Source: Pseudomonadota bacterium (GTDB lineage: Bacteria; Pseudomonadota; Gammaproteobacteria; JAKAQQ01). From it: a DNA stretch of 64,000 nucleotides. Made by a program: the position numbers and the translations under genes. Under the pieces are notes generated by a model that was not told the DNA's origin, searched no databases, and saw only the letters and a program-made list of their open reading frames with translations. Location: contig DAHVLZ010000036.1 of NCBI GenBank assembly GCA_027320085.1, positions 1 through 64,000 on the forward strand, written 5' to 3'. Shown here piece after piece: positions 1-10,700 of this stretch (position 1 is the stretch's first letter; the number at the start of each line of letters is the position of its first letter).

Positions 1-104
1 ACCGACCATCCCGTCGCCATCACGCACAGCACGACCCCGAGAACTCCGCCTGGAACCTTCCACCCCGTCCTGATCCCAGATCCGACTGGCCTCCAGTCGT
101 TCAT
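1..104 (-). CDS. Partial CDS (runs off window edge), probable secreted or membrane protein
   Basis: AGGAGG SD 5 nt before ATG at 104; reads MNDWRPVGSGIRTGWKVPGGVLGVVLCVMATGWS..., a signal-peptide-like N-terminus. Confidence 0.5.
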   Translation of the reverse strand, partial: MNDWRPVGSGIRTGWKVPGGVLGVVLCVMATGWS

Positions 105-137
105 GGCTTCCTCCTGACAGACTGCACCCTAGCCTGT

Positions 138-596
138 TCAAATCAAACTATACCACCATGACCATCCGCCGCCGGTCAGGACGGAAGTCAGAACCGAAGC
201 GGAGCACGGGCATCGGCCTCCTCCACCAGCCCCGGGTTGCACGTGGTAGGGCGCATGAGAGCGGCTCGACATGGAGATACCCTGTGCCGGACCGTACCCA
301 TCCGGCGCCTCAGTCACGACATCCAAACGCTCGCCCGTGGAACTGTTGATCTGAAAAATCCTGTCGCCATCAACCTTCCACTCGTATACCGCAAACCTTG
401 GATCCCGGCTGATGTTCCTGGCGTGCGGGGCTGGCAATCCGAAACCGGATCGCAGTCCGGCAACCGGGATTCCGGCGGGCGGCTGGGCGAAACTCGCGGT
501 TATTGATGACAAGCAAAGCAGCACGAGGACAATCCACCTGCCTGGCTTGTTCATCAAGTAAAAATTGCGAGCAATGTTGCGTCCCTTGCTTTTCAT
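138..596 (-). CDS. Small secreted hypothetical protein
   Basis: GGAGGAG SD upstream; signal peptide ending SFA/QP; CPCSA motif near the C-terminus. Confidence 0.6.
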   Translation of the reverse strand: MKSKGRNIARNFYLMNKPGRWIVLVLLCLSSITASFAQPPAGIPVAGLRSGFGLPAPHARNISRDPRFAVYEWKVDGDRIFQINSSTGERLDVVTEAPDGYGPAQGISMSSRSHAPYHVQPGAGGGGRCPCSASVLTSVLTGGGWSWWYSLI

Positions 597-793
597 CGAA
601 CAATCTCCTCCACGTTTCCCGTGATCAACGATTTCCCAATCACCGCGCCACCCGGTTTGCGTTCAAGAGACTCCCCCGGGATTTGTCAAGCAACGGAGGA
701 TCCCGTCACTGGAAGGCGTCTTGGCAATCCAACAGCACGCCGATCCCCATCGATTCGAAAGAGATCCACCCGCTTCCTGCAGCACGATGCTCG

Positions 794-802
794 CTAGAAC
801 GG
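794..802. repeat. Left att-like direct repeat CTAGAACGG
   Basis: Identical to 16408-16416 (reverse complement CCG TTC TAG = ssb Pro-Phe-stop). Confidence 0.75.
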
Positions 803-983
803 TTGTGCACACACAAAACGAGTCGACAAACGCCAAGAATCAAAACAACACATTTTATATTAATATTTTTACTAACAAACCAACCGGGTTTTCTACTTCT
901 CCCAACAGACCCATCGATAAAGCTCCGCTTTACCGCGCCCACCGGCCGCTTTCTCGACACTTTTCACCTGATCACCGCCTGAA

Positions 984-3900
984 TCACCTCACCACTTCCA
1001 TCAACTTCCCGAAGCTGTCCACAACGTCGTACTTGACGTTCTGCGGGGCGAAGCGGCGGTTCATCTCATCGAAAAACTTCCGGGCGCATTTGATCTTGGT
1101 TTTCTCGATGTCGCGCAGCTCCATCGTTGACATGGAACCCTTGGTCTCGGCGACGAAGTAGATGTGCTTGACCGCACCCTCCTTGAAGCTGATGGCCCAG
1201 TCCGGGTTGTAGTCGCCCACCGGCGTCGGGATCAGGAAGCCGCGCGGCAGCTTAGCGTACACCACCACGTCACTGCTGGTGTCCAGCTCTTTCACGAAGG
1301 TGCGTTCGATGTTGGAGTCGGTCAGCACATAGTCGTAGATGTGCCGTTGCAGCTTATCTCCGGCCTTGCTGAAGTCCTGCTTGGTCTGCCCGGCAGTAAA
1401 GATGTCGAGGTCGAACTTGTCCTCGACCGGGTCGTAGGCCAGATGCTCAATGATGACCGTGGCCTTCTGCTCGTTGATCAGGCGTATCGCCTCGGCAATG
1501 AAGCTCTCCGGGTTGGTCTTGAACCGCGCGAATACAGCGGCGTTGAGCCCCTTGAGGATCTCGGTCACCGTACGCCGTGTCAGCTGGGTGCCTTCGGCGA
1601 GCTTACCGATCAGGTCGTACTTGACCGCCGAATGGATTGAGGCGCGGTTGGTTTCCGTCTCCGTGGCCTTCAACTCGAACGCATTGCCGCCCTTGATTCC
1701 TTCGTAGGTCACGGCGGCTGCCTGTTCGCCGTGCTGGATGGTGTACTGCAACGGGGTCACACGAAGCCCGGCATCTTTGTCGTTGAGAGTCTTAACCGCT
1801 TTCTGCACCAGTTCGTTGGAGTCGAAGTCGACGCTGTATGCCGCCTTGCGATTGATCCGATTCCAGAGCTCTTTGAACTCCTGCTTCTCGAAGTTGGCGT
1901 TGAGCGGGTTCTTCTTGGGTTTGCGGTCATCGCCAATTTCGGGCAACTGGCTCTCGCTGAAGACACTGTCAATCAGCTTGAACACCTGCTCGGCATGCGG
2001 TACCAACTCGGGGGGCAGCGCAGCCAGCGCGCCGTCTTTCTTGGCCTCGTGGTACGCGGTGGTGATGCGATCTGCGTCGTCGGTGTAGTCGTGCTTGAGC
2101 AGGTACTTGTAGATCTGCTTCGCAAGCTGCGGCGTCACCTCGACATCGCCAGACTCCGTCTTCAGCACCTTGCCGGTGAAGTAGGACTCGTCCGCCAAGC
2201 GCGGGCGCGCCGACAGCGACTCGCTGATGTCCTTCTGCAGCGCCGCGACAAAGTCCTTGTAGCTCTCGCTGGCCACCACAGTCAGCACGTTCACATCGTG
2301 CACTGTGACGGGGTGATCCATTCGGTCACCACTTTGGTTGATGGACAGCCGCAAGCCACGTCCCACCTCCTGACGGCGCGATATCGTGTTGTCACTGTGC
2401 TTGAGAGCGCAGATCACGAACACGTTCGGGTTGTCCCAGCCCTCACGCAGGGCCGAGTGGGAGAAGATGAAGCGCACCGGCTCGGCAAATGACAGCAGCC
2501 GCTCCTTGTCCTTCAGGATCAGGTCGTAGGCCTCCACGTCGTCGGAGAGACCCGCGTTCTCGCCACGCGCCGCGACCGTGGGGTCGGCCAGCCGTTTGCT
2601 CTTCTTGTCGATGGAGAAATAGCCGCTGTGAGTCTTGTCGGCAGAAATGCCTTTTAGGTACTTGATGTACGGCGTCTCATCCAGATCCAGCACCTCGTTG
2701 AGGTAGAGCTGGTATTCTTCCTCGAAGATGCGGGCGTACTCGCCTTTCTCGTCCGGTGCGCTGTAGTCGCGGTACTTAACCACTTCGTCGATGAAGTAGA
2801 GCGTGAGCACCTTCACGCCCTGTTGGAACAGCGCCTGTTCCTTATCGAAGTGCGCCTTGATGGCCTCGCGGATCTGGATACGGCGCAGCGCGGTTTCAGT
2901 GACATCACCGGTCGCATCCCCAACGGTCAGCTCAACGCCATTGGTGAAACTCAGGGTGTCGAAGTTAGCGTTGATATCGGCCACGACAAAGCCATCCCGA
3001 TACGGATCGAGCCCGTTCGACAGATCAAACAAGTTGTCGCCTTTGGAGAGTTTCCTGACCACCCGCTTGATGTTTCCGCCCGCCAGTTTCTGCTCGAACT
3101 CCACACGCGCCTCAGGCGGCTTCTTGCTCGATATCTCGATGGACTGCAGGTACAGATAACCCGCCGTTCCCGCCAGCCCCTTGACCGCGATGCCGCGTAC
3201 CGCGATCTTCTTCACCAGCTTCTGGTTGTAGGCGTCCAGCGCATCGAGGCGGTGAATCTTGTTGTGCGTAGTCTTGTGGGTGGCCGAGTAGCGCAACACC
3301 ATCAGCGCCTTGAACTCTTCCAGCGACTTCAGCGTCGCCGCGCCTTCCATCTTCTGCGGCTCATCCAGAATCAGGATGGGGCGGTTGGCGCTGATCACGT
3401 CGATGGGCTTACGCGACTGGAAATCGTCCATCACGTCATAAATGCGGCGGTTGTCAGCACCTCGCGCGGCAAAAGCCTGCACGTTGATCATCATCACGTT
3501 GATGCCCGCGTCCGACGAGAAGCTCTCCAGATGGTGCAACTGCTTGGAGTTGTAGATGAAGGAGCGCACCTTTTTGTGGTAGGTCTCCAGGAAGTGCTCG
3601 GCAGTGATTTCCAGCGACTTGGCCACGCCTTCACGGATGGCTATGCTGGGCACCACGATGATGAACTTGCTCCAGCCGTACTGCTTGTTCAGCTCGAAAA
3701 TGGTCTTGATGTAGCAGTAGGTCTTGCCGGTGCCCGTTTCCATCTCGATGTCGAGATTGATCTTGGCGACCTCGGTCTTGACCAGCGTATCTGATAGGGG
3801 CAGGTTCTGTGCTCGTTGTACGTCGCGGATGTTGGTGAGCAGGGTCGCATCAGACAGCGAAAGGTCGGCGTTCTTGAAACCAGCCTCGGAAAACAGGCTT

Positions 3901-4040
3901 TCCATCCCGCTCTTTGCTTTGCCGGGGTCGACGCGATAACGCATGGCTTCAGCGGATGCCAAGGGCTGTCCCTTGAAGCACTCGATGACCGCCTGTACCG
4001 CTGCTGTCTGGTAGCCCTGTGTTTTGAACTTCAGTTTCAT
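984..4040 (-). CDS. res: Type III restriction-modification Res subunit
   Basis: Walker [33 protein letters not shown]; C-terminal PD-(D/E)xK motif (YNPDW...VAETKG). Confidence 0.93.
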   Translation of the reverse strand: MKLKFKTQGYQTAAVQAVIECFKGQPLASAEAMRYRVDPGKAKSGMESLFSEAGFKNADLSLSDATLLTNIRDVQRAQNLPLSDTLVKTEVAKINLDIEMETGTGKTYCYIKTIFELNKQYGWSKFIIVVPSIAIREGVAKSLEITAEHFLETYHKKVRSFIYNSKQLHHLESFSSDAGINVMMINVQAFAARGADNRRIYDVMDDFQSRKPIDVISANRPILILDEPQKMEGAATLKSLEEFKALMVLRYSATHKTTHNKIHRLDALDAYNQKLVKKIAVRGIAVKGLAGTAGYLYLQSIEISSKKPPEARVEFEQKLAGGNIKRVVRKLSKGDNLFDLSNGLDPYRDGFVVADINANFDTLSFTNGVELTVGDATGDVTETALRRIQIREAIKAHFDKEQALFQQGVKVLTLYFIDEVVKYRDYSAPDEKGEYARIFEEEYQLYLNEVLDLDETPYIKYLKGISADKTHSGYFSIDKKSKRLADPTVAARGENAGLSDDVEAYDLILKDKERLLSFAEPVRFIFSHSALREGWDNPNVFVICALKHSDNTISRRQEVGRGLRLSINQSGDRMDHPVTVHDVNVLTVVASESYKDFVAALQKDISESLSARPRLADESYFTGKVLKTESGDVEVTPQLAKQIYKYLLKHDYTDDADRITTAYHEAKKDGALAALPPELVPHAEQVFKLIDSVFSESQLPEIGDDRKPKKNPLNANFEKQEFKELWNRINRKAAYSVDFDSNELVQKAVKTLNDKDAGLRVTPLQYTIQHGEQAAAVTYEGIKGGNAFELKATETETNRASIHSAVKYDLIGKLAEGTQLTRRTVTEILKGLNAAVFARFKTNPESFIAEAIRLINEQKATVIIEHLAYDPVEDKFDLDIFTAGQTKQDFSKAGDKLQRHIYDYVLTDSNIERTFVKELDTSSDVVVYAKLPRGFLIPTPVGDYNPDWAISFKEGAVKHIYFVAETKGSMSTMELRDIEKTKIKCARKFFDEMNRRFAPQNVKYDVVDSFGKLMEVVR

Positions 4041-4063
4041 GGTCTTTTCCTAGAAACAGCGAA

Positions 4064-5113
4064 TCACAATTTCCAACGCCGAGCCGGTGGCGCCTGTTTA
4101 CACTCGGCGATCAGGACGTCGTATCGACTCGGATCGATTGCTCGACGAACCAGTTCGAAGTCGAATTTCCTGGATCCCTGCTTTGTAAAGATGAGAACAC
4201 AAGGACGGCTGCCGTATTCGAGTTCGCGGATCGACAGGCGAGCTGTAGCGTTACGGTTGAGCGTAAAAACGAGCCTGCGCGATTCCTGGGTGTCGACGTT
4301 ATTCAAGTCGAGGTTGATGCTACTTCTGACCGTCTTGCGCAGCCCAAAGAATTTCCTCGCGGCGTCCAACGGTATCTGGACCTGACGTCCTTCCTCGCTG
4401 GTCTCCCTAGGCATGACTTCGAGGATCAATCTGGAGCCCTCCGCCCCTCCAGCCGCAGGGGCCTTGGCATTGGACCTCTTGGCCGAAGCACCGCTTGTAC
4501 GCTTCGACCAAGTGAAGTCTCCGCCCAGGCCTGATGTCGCCCGTCGCAATCTGTACTTTTCCTTCTCCTTCGCATAACTCTTGATAAGCGCTGCTGTGAC
4601 GAGCTCGCTGGCCTTGTGGATTTCGTCATGCCATGTTTGAAGATTGACATCGACATGGGCCAACGTCGTGACGGTTGCGAACTCAATATTATTCCTCAGA
4701 CCGTCTTCGGTCAGGTTGTTGCTCCCTGCCAGAATGGTGCTACCAGCCTTTCCGATGAACCAGATGACCTTGGGATGGAAGATGCCTGTGTAGTGGCGCA
4801 TCAGGCGAACATCGATTCCTTCGTTGTGCATGGCCTCGATGGCCGCTACGTCAGTCAGTGCATGGTCGGTTCCGATGTAGGCCGTGACGGCTCGGCCGTC
4901 CCGCGCCTTGCACCAACTTAGGATGCTCTTTCGAAGCCGCTTCCATCCCGATTCGGTGGCTGCATAGAAGTACAGCCTCAGCTGACGGGACTGTTTGTCG
5001 GCCGCGCACACTTGCTCGGCAGCAGCAAGAAAGTCGGTTACGGCCCATGCTGCGGTCCGCATGGTCGGTGCCGTCCGCGACAGGGCTGCCGATGTCTTAG
5101 GGACTTGGCTCAC
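4064..5113 (-). CDS. Phospholipase D-family (HxK) restriction-endonuclease-like protein with putative C-terminal DNA-binding domain
   Basis: IFHPKVIWF...ILAGSNNLT..GL..NIE PLD nuclease motif; GTG start overlaps the mod stop (GTGA). Confidence 0.8.
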   Translation of the reverse strand: MSQVPKTSAALSRTAPTMRTAAWAVTDFLAAAEQVCAADKQSRQLRLYFYAATESGWKRLRKSILSWCKARDGRAVTAYIGTDHALTDVAAIEAMHNEGIDVRLMRHYTGIFHPKVIWFIGKAGSTILAGSNNLTEDGLRNNIEFATVTTLAHVDVNLQTWHDEIHKASELVTAALIKSYAKEKEKYRLRRATSGLGGDFTWSKRTSGASAKRSNAKAPAAGGAEGSRLILEVMPRETSEEGRQVQIPLDAARKFFGLRKTVRSSINLDLNNVDTQESRRLVFTLNRNATARLSIRELEYGSRPCVLIFTKQGSRKFDFELVRRAIDPSRYDVLIAECKQAPPARRWKL

Positions 5114-7044
5114 AGTACCTTGATCTCCGTACTTGGCGACAGCAGTCTGAAGATCTGCTCAATGTTGATCCTCACAGCACTGCTCCGTAGGCCGGAATCG
5201 CGACAGACAGCGCGCAGTGGCTTGTAGGCCGCTAGTTCCTTGATGAAGGACTCGTCGACGCCACCATCGTTGTCGAAGCAGCAGGCCAGCGCATCGCCAT
5301 CGACGAAGTACACGTCCTTGCCCTGCACGATCTTTTTCTCGACGGGCAGGGAGAGGTCCAGCCCCCAATCCAGCATCACCTGGAAAAGCAGGTCCTCGGA
5401 TGTGCGGTCGGGTTTGATGTTTTCGACGAGCAGATCAAGATTTGCCTTGTCCAGAGCGTCTGGCTGGTAGTAGACGTCGGCCATATTCGACGTATCGACC
5501 TTAAGCACACGGAAGCCGATGTCCCTGTTCCAGTCTTCATGGCACTGACTTCCCAGCGTCCGCTTGCCGGCACGGCGAATGCGTTCCTTGCTGATCTCTG
5601 CAATTGTCTGGTAACCGGCAGTAAATGCATCCGAGTTCGCCTCACACGGCTCGGGCAGCTGGACCATGATGAACCCGCGGTTACCTCCGTCTTCGGCATT
5701 CAGCTGAATCACGGCGTCGGCGGTTGAGCCTGAGCCACAGAAAAAATCCATGATCAAGGCATCCTGGTCATCGTACGTGACGGCACGGCACAGAACCCGG
5801 ATCAGGCTTGAAGGCTTCGGGTTGTCGAACAGGGGTGTCCCGAAAAGGCTTTCCAGCTCAGCGGTTGCGTCTTCGTTAGTGCCAGCTTGATACGCTTCTG
5901 GCGAGAGAAGGTTGTGCATTTTCTTGACCTCCCCACCTGCTTTGACATGGTTGGGTCTGAACGGCGCCTTCGAAATGGTGATCGTCTCGCCAGCACGAAC
6001 TATCTCGTCGAGCCGGCTCTGGCTGTACCTGAATTCACCTTCCAGCCGGAAGGCGTCGACGTTGCGGTAATCGCTCACGACGACCTTGTCGAGCAGGCGG
6101 GTGACGATGTTTCCCTCGCTCATATCCTGAGGTTCGAAGACCGCATCTTTTGACGCGAATCGGACAGCTCCTGCAGGAAATAGAAGCGTCCCCAAAGAGT
6201 TACCGGCGTTGTTGACTGGATACTTTTTGCCGACCGTTGTGACATCGACCGAAAAAGGTGGGGCGAGAGATCGGTTCCGCGCTACGCACACCACGTACTC
6301 GAACATCGAGCCTACGTTAGCGTGTAGGAACGACGGTTTCTTCTTGCGCTGGCGCAGGAAGGTCGTGACGAAGTTCTCTTCGCCAAAGACCTCCTTGGTC
6401 AGGCGCAGCAGATTATCGACCTCCTGTTCGCCTATGCTGATGAAGAGCAGGCCATCATCCGCGAGAAGGGTCCTAGCGAGTTTCAATCGCGGATAGATCA
6501 TCGATAGCCAGTCCGAATGGAACCGGCCATTGGTGTCAGGGTTGGCGATCAGCCGATTTCCCTTGTCATCCTTCTGATTGGATCTCCGGAAAAACTCCTC
6601 TGTGTTTTCGGCAAAGTCGTCCTCGTAAATGAAGTCTTTCCCGGTGTTATATGGGGGGTCGATGTAGATCATCTTGACCTTACCGAGGTAGGTTTCCTGC
6701 AACAGCTTCAACGCGTCCAGGTTATCGCCTTCGATGAACAGGTTCTTGGTGGTATCGAAGTCCACGCTCTCGCCCCGGCAGGGGCGCAGCGTCTTGGCAA
6801 TCGGCGCGTTGGCCGCGAGCAAGGCTTCGCGCTTTCCTGGCCAGTTCAGGTGATAGCGTTCCTGCGAGCCTTCCACAATCGACTCGGCAAGCTCTTGCCG
6901 TAACTGGTCGAAATCCACCGCCAGCTTCACGCTGCCATCCTCACCTTTGGCTTCGGTCACGCACCCCGGAAACAGCTCGGCGATGCGGGCAATGTTGTCC
7001 TGCGTGAGATTGGGCGAGTGCATTTTTGGTTTGTCCATGTTCAT
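5110..7044 (-). CDS. mod: Type III Mod, N6-adenine DNA methyltransferase
   Basis: IEGDNLDALKLL, IYIDPPYNTG, DFFCGSGSTA; variable central target-recognition domain. Confidence 0.93.
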   Translation of the reverse strand: MNMDKPKMHSPNLTQDNIARIAELFPGCVTEAKGEDGSVKLAVDFDQLRQELAESIVEGSQERYHLNWPGKREALLAANAPIAKTLRPCRGESVDFDTTKNLFIEGDNLDALKLLQETYLGKVKMIYIDPPYNTGKDFIYEDDFAENTEEFFRRSNQKDDKGNRLIANPDTNGRFHSDWLSMIYPRLKLARTLLADDGLLFISIGEQEVDNLLRLTKEVFGEENFVTTFLRQRKKKPSFLHANVGSMFEYVVCVARNRSLAPPFSVDVTTVGKKYPVNNAGNSLGTLLFPAGAVRFASKDAVFEPQDMSEGNIVTRLLDKVVVSDYRNVDAFRLEGEFRYSQSRLDEIVRAGETITISKAPFRPNHVKAGGEVKKMHNLLSPEAYQAGTNEDATAELESLFGTPLFDNPKPSSLIRVLCRAVTYDDQDALIMDFFCGSGSTADAVIQLNAEDGGNRGFIMVQLPEPCEANSDAFTAGYQTIAEISKERIRRAGKRTLGSQCHEDWNRDIGFRVLKVDTSNMADVYYQPDALDKANLDLLVENIKPDRTSEDLLFQVMLDWGLDLSLPVEKKIVQGKDVYFVDGDALACCFDNDGGVDESFIKELAAYKPLRAVCRDSGLRSSAVRINIEQIFRLLSPSTEIKVL

Positions 7045-7076
7045 TCCTCTGGTCGCTGTGCTTCCGAAATCGGGGT

Positions 7077-7751
7077 TCAGCGGCTCAATTGTTCAAGTTC
7101 AGATTTAAGTTGCCGCAAGGTCGTGTTGATCTCGACCTTGCGGTTGAATTGTTTTTCCTTGGCCAGCCTCGCCTGGGTCTTCTCGACTTCGCGGCGCTTG
7201 CTGGCCGCCAGCTCGACACGCGCAATCCAGTCGGGCAGGGCCTCCTGCGGGCGAGTTGGCAGCGGCATCAGGCCTTGCAGCAGAACGGAGTACAGGTGGG
7301 CCATGTCGAGGGCCAGCGGCATAGCCGTACGGGCGGTTGCCGCAGGCATCCAGTCGCTGGTGAAGTAGCTGGACAGCACCCAGCGACTGGCGTCGGCTTC
7401 GCTCGGGCGCTTGTAAGCCGCCGCCACCTGCGTTTTCGCCTGTTCGCCCTGGCCCTGGTTCAGTTCAAACAGAATCGGGAACTGCACCGCGCCATCAATG
7501 CAACGGAGCACGTCTTCGTGCAGCTCGGTGGACTTGAGCTGGATGCTGAAAATCTGGATCTCCGGCACGCCGGGCCGTGCGGGCAGGTTGATCGTCTCCG
7601 GGGCGAGCTTGTATTGCCAGACGATCTGCTCCACCTGCTCAACAAACAGATCCTTCAGCCGGGTGTTGGCCCCGCTGTGCTCGTAGATCTTGTTCTTGGG
7701 CAAAACGCGCCCGAAGGCTACTTTCTTGGGATAGGCAATTAACGCGCTCAT
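7077..7751 (-). CDS. DUF4391-family protein
   Basis: FGRVLPKNKIY, IVWQYKLAPETINL, KEKQFNRKVE; usual position between helicase and mod. Confidence 0.85.
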   Translation of the reverse strand: MSALIAYPKKVAFGRVLPKNKIYEHSGANTRLKDLFVEQVEQIVWQYKLAPETINLPARPGVPEIQIFSIQLKSTELHEDVLRCIDGAVQFPILFELNQGQGEQAKTQVAAAYKRPSEADASRWVLSSYFTSDWMPAATARTAMPLALDMAHLYSVLLQGLMPLPTRPQEALPDWIARVELAASKRREVEKTQARLAKEKQFNRKVEINTTLRQLKSELEQLSR

Positions 7752-10700
7752 CCAGCCTCCTGAATCACGAGGAAGCTGATGAGTTCGAAGTCGTCCAGGC
7801 CGGAGATGGTGTCGGTCAGCGCCGTGGTCTTACCGCCGGAGAAAAGGCTGTCCAAATCCTTTTCTTCCTTCACCTCGATCATCGAACGGATGGACTTGCC
7901 CAACAGATCGGAGTAGGACTGCATCCGGCGGCCATCCGCCGTTTCCTGATTGAAGCGCTGGCAGGCGTCGACAATGGGTTTGTCCTGGCCCTTGCAGCAA
8001 GTTCGCACCAGATCGAGTAGGCGCTTGACCTCGGTGTGGTCGTGGATGACCTCGCCCTCGCGGTTGATGTAGACGAGGTAGTAAGGGTGAAGGCGGTTGT
8101 GCTGGTTGAGGTTGACTCCTGAATTGCGGTTTCGCAGCGTGAAAATCACCCCTGGGCGCAGCCCCATCTCAGGTTGGGCGGGCACGACGGCGTGCATCCC
8201 GTTGGGCACATTTCTCAGTTCGCCGTGGGACTTGACGTAATTGAGCAAGTCCATGCGGAAGTCATTCAAGCCCAGGTCGGTGATCGAGACCCCGGTCTTC
8301 AAGTCCTCTAACTCGATGACTTCTTCCTGCAGGCGACGCAGTTGCTCCTTGCGGTACGACACGTCGTTGGCCTGCGCAGACAGCACGTTGTCGTCACCCG
8401 TGGCGGTGACGTCGGCGATCATCATCCGGCTCTCAACCCGCTCCTTGAGGTTGATGTACTCGTCGAGCGAAATGTCGGGCCAATAGTTGACCAGCTGGAT
8501 GCTGCTATTGGGCGAGCCAATACGGTCTACCCGGCCAAAGCGCTGGATGATGCGCACCGGGTTCCAGTGAATGTCGTAGTTAATTACATAGTCGCAGTCC
8601 TGCAGATTCTGGCCCTCGGAAATGCAGTCTGTGCCGATGAGCAAATCGACTTCGAGCGGCTCGTCCGGCAACACCATCGCCTTCTCCTTCGAGCGCGGGG
8701 AGAACAGGGTCAGCAGCTCCTGGAAGTCGTAGCTGCGCTTCTGCGCACCACTCTTGATGGTGGACTGGGGCGCACCCTTGCCGGTGACCTTGGCGGTATG
8801 AATGGACAGCCTGGACAGCAGCTCCGGTGCAAGGTTGGTGTACAGGTAATCGGCGGTGTCGGCGAAAGCGGTGAAGACCAGCACTTTCCTGTTGCCAGGG
8901 TTGATTGGGTTTGCAAACTTGCCGAGCAGCTGCGCCTTGAGGTGCTGCAATTTGGCGTCGTCCTGCGGCGTGATTTTGTTCATTGATGCCAGCAGCGCAT
9001 CGATGATTTGCAAGTCAAGCTTGAGTTCGTGCTCCCAGGACGGCAAGTCCATGTCGGCGAGGCTGATCTTGATTTTTCCGCCGATCTCGCCGCCCTCGTC
9101 ACCAGGCATCGGCAGCTCATCTTCCTCCGCATCCAGCGCCTCCAGCACGTCCGTGAGGTCGCCTACCGTGACTGCGCCACCGGACTGGTTGAACGCTGCG
9201 ATCTTGGCGAAGGTGGCTTCGTTGTTGGCCCGCAGCGATTGCAGCGTGAGCCGGAACGACTGCACCGAGCTTTCAAGCCGTTTGAGCAGGTTAACCGTCA
9301 TCAGAGCCTGCAGGCTCTTTTCGCGGTCGGCTTGGCGCAACGTGCCTTTGACGCCGACCTTGGTGTCGTAGATCTCCTCGTACTTCTTCAGACGACTGGG
9401 CAGGATGTAGCTGATGGGCGCGTACACGGCCAGCTTGAGCAGGGAGAGTTGCTCGAAGATCTCGTTGAAGCCCAACACGTCCGACCGCTCGGTCAACGGG
9501 CAGTGATACGACAAGGGCTTGCGGCGCTCGGGAAATTGGCCGATGTCCTTGGTGTCGTAGAAGGTCTGAATGTGCTTTCGTGAGCGTGCGATGGTGACGC
9601 TGTCGAGCAGCTCGAAGAAGTCAAAGTCCAGAGAGTCGAGGATCGCACGCGCAGTACGCTCTTCCGGGGGTAGCTTCGACCACGCATTGAACGCTGCTTG
9701 TGCGCCTCGGAAAATCTCCTCGACGCTTCTGTCTGTGCGCAATTTCTTTGTGAGGTTCTTAAAGTTGCCCTCGTAGGCCAGGGCCAGCTGGTTGCGCAAG
9801 TCGGTAAAGCGGTTGTTGACTGGCGTGGCCGACAACATCAGCACCTTGGTCTTGACTCCCTCCTGGATCACCTTGCGCATCAGCTTCTGGTAACGCGTTT
9901 CCTTTTCCTTGTAGGCGTCGTTGTTGCGGAAGTTGTGCGACTCATCGATGACGACGAGGTCGTAATTACCCCAGTTGATCCGGTTTAGCGGTGTACCGAA
10001 GGACTCACCGCTGGTGCGGGAAAGATCCGTGTGGCAGAGGACGTCGTAGTTGAACCGGTCGCGGGCAAAGATGTTGGTCTTGAGGTTGCGGTTGTAGTTG
10101 AGCCAGTTGTCCGCCAGCTTCTTGGGGCAGAGCACTAGCACTGACCGGTTGCGCAGCTCGTAATACTTGATGACGGCCAGTGCGGTGAAGGTCTTGCCCA
10201 AGCCGACGCTGTCGGCAAGGATGCAGCCGCTGTAGGTTTCCAGCTTGTTGATGATCCCGGTGGCAGCATCCCTCTGGTAGTTGAAGAGCTTGTTCCAGAT
10301 CAGGGTGTCCTGGTAGCCGGTGCGGTCGTTGGGCAGCACGTCTTCGTCGATGTCGTCGAGGAACTCGTTGAAGATGTTGTAGAGCATCAGGAAGTAGATG
10401 CTCGCGGGTGAGTTCTCTTGGTAGACCGAGGCGATGTGCTCGCAAATCTGCGCTGTCACGTCCTCCAGCGTTTCGGGGTCGTTCCAGATCTGATCGAACA
10501 GGCTCAGGTATGTTGCCGCAAACGGCGCCTCGTCCATCTTGTTGACGAGGTTGGATACCGCATTGCCTTGCTGGTACCCGAGATCGACAACGGTGAACCC
10601 GTGCAGAGGCATGTAAGCCGTGTCGGTACCGCCAGCCTGGACGCAGGCAAACTGCTGCATCGGCGCTTTGGTGCGGTTGCTTTTGAATTTGGCCTTGCGC

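Noticed and set aside
5110-7044. Phase-variable simple repeats in mod
   Set aside because: No long homopolymer or tandem tract seen; frame is intact
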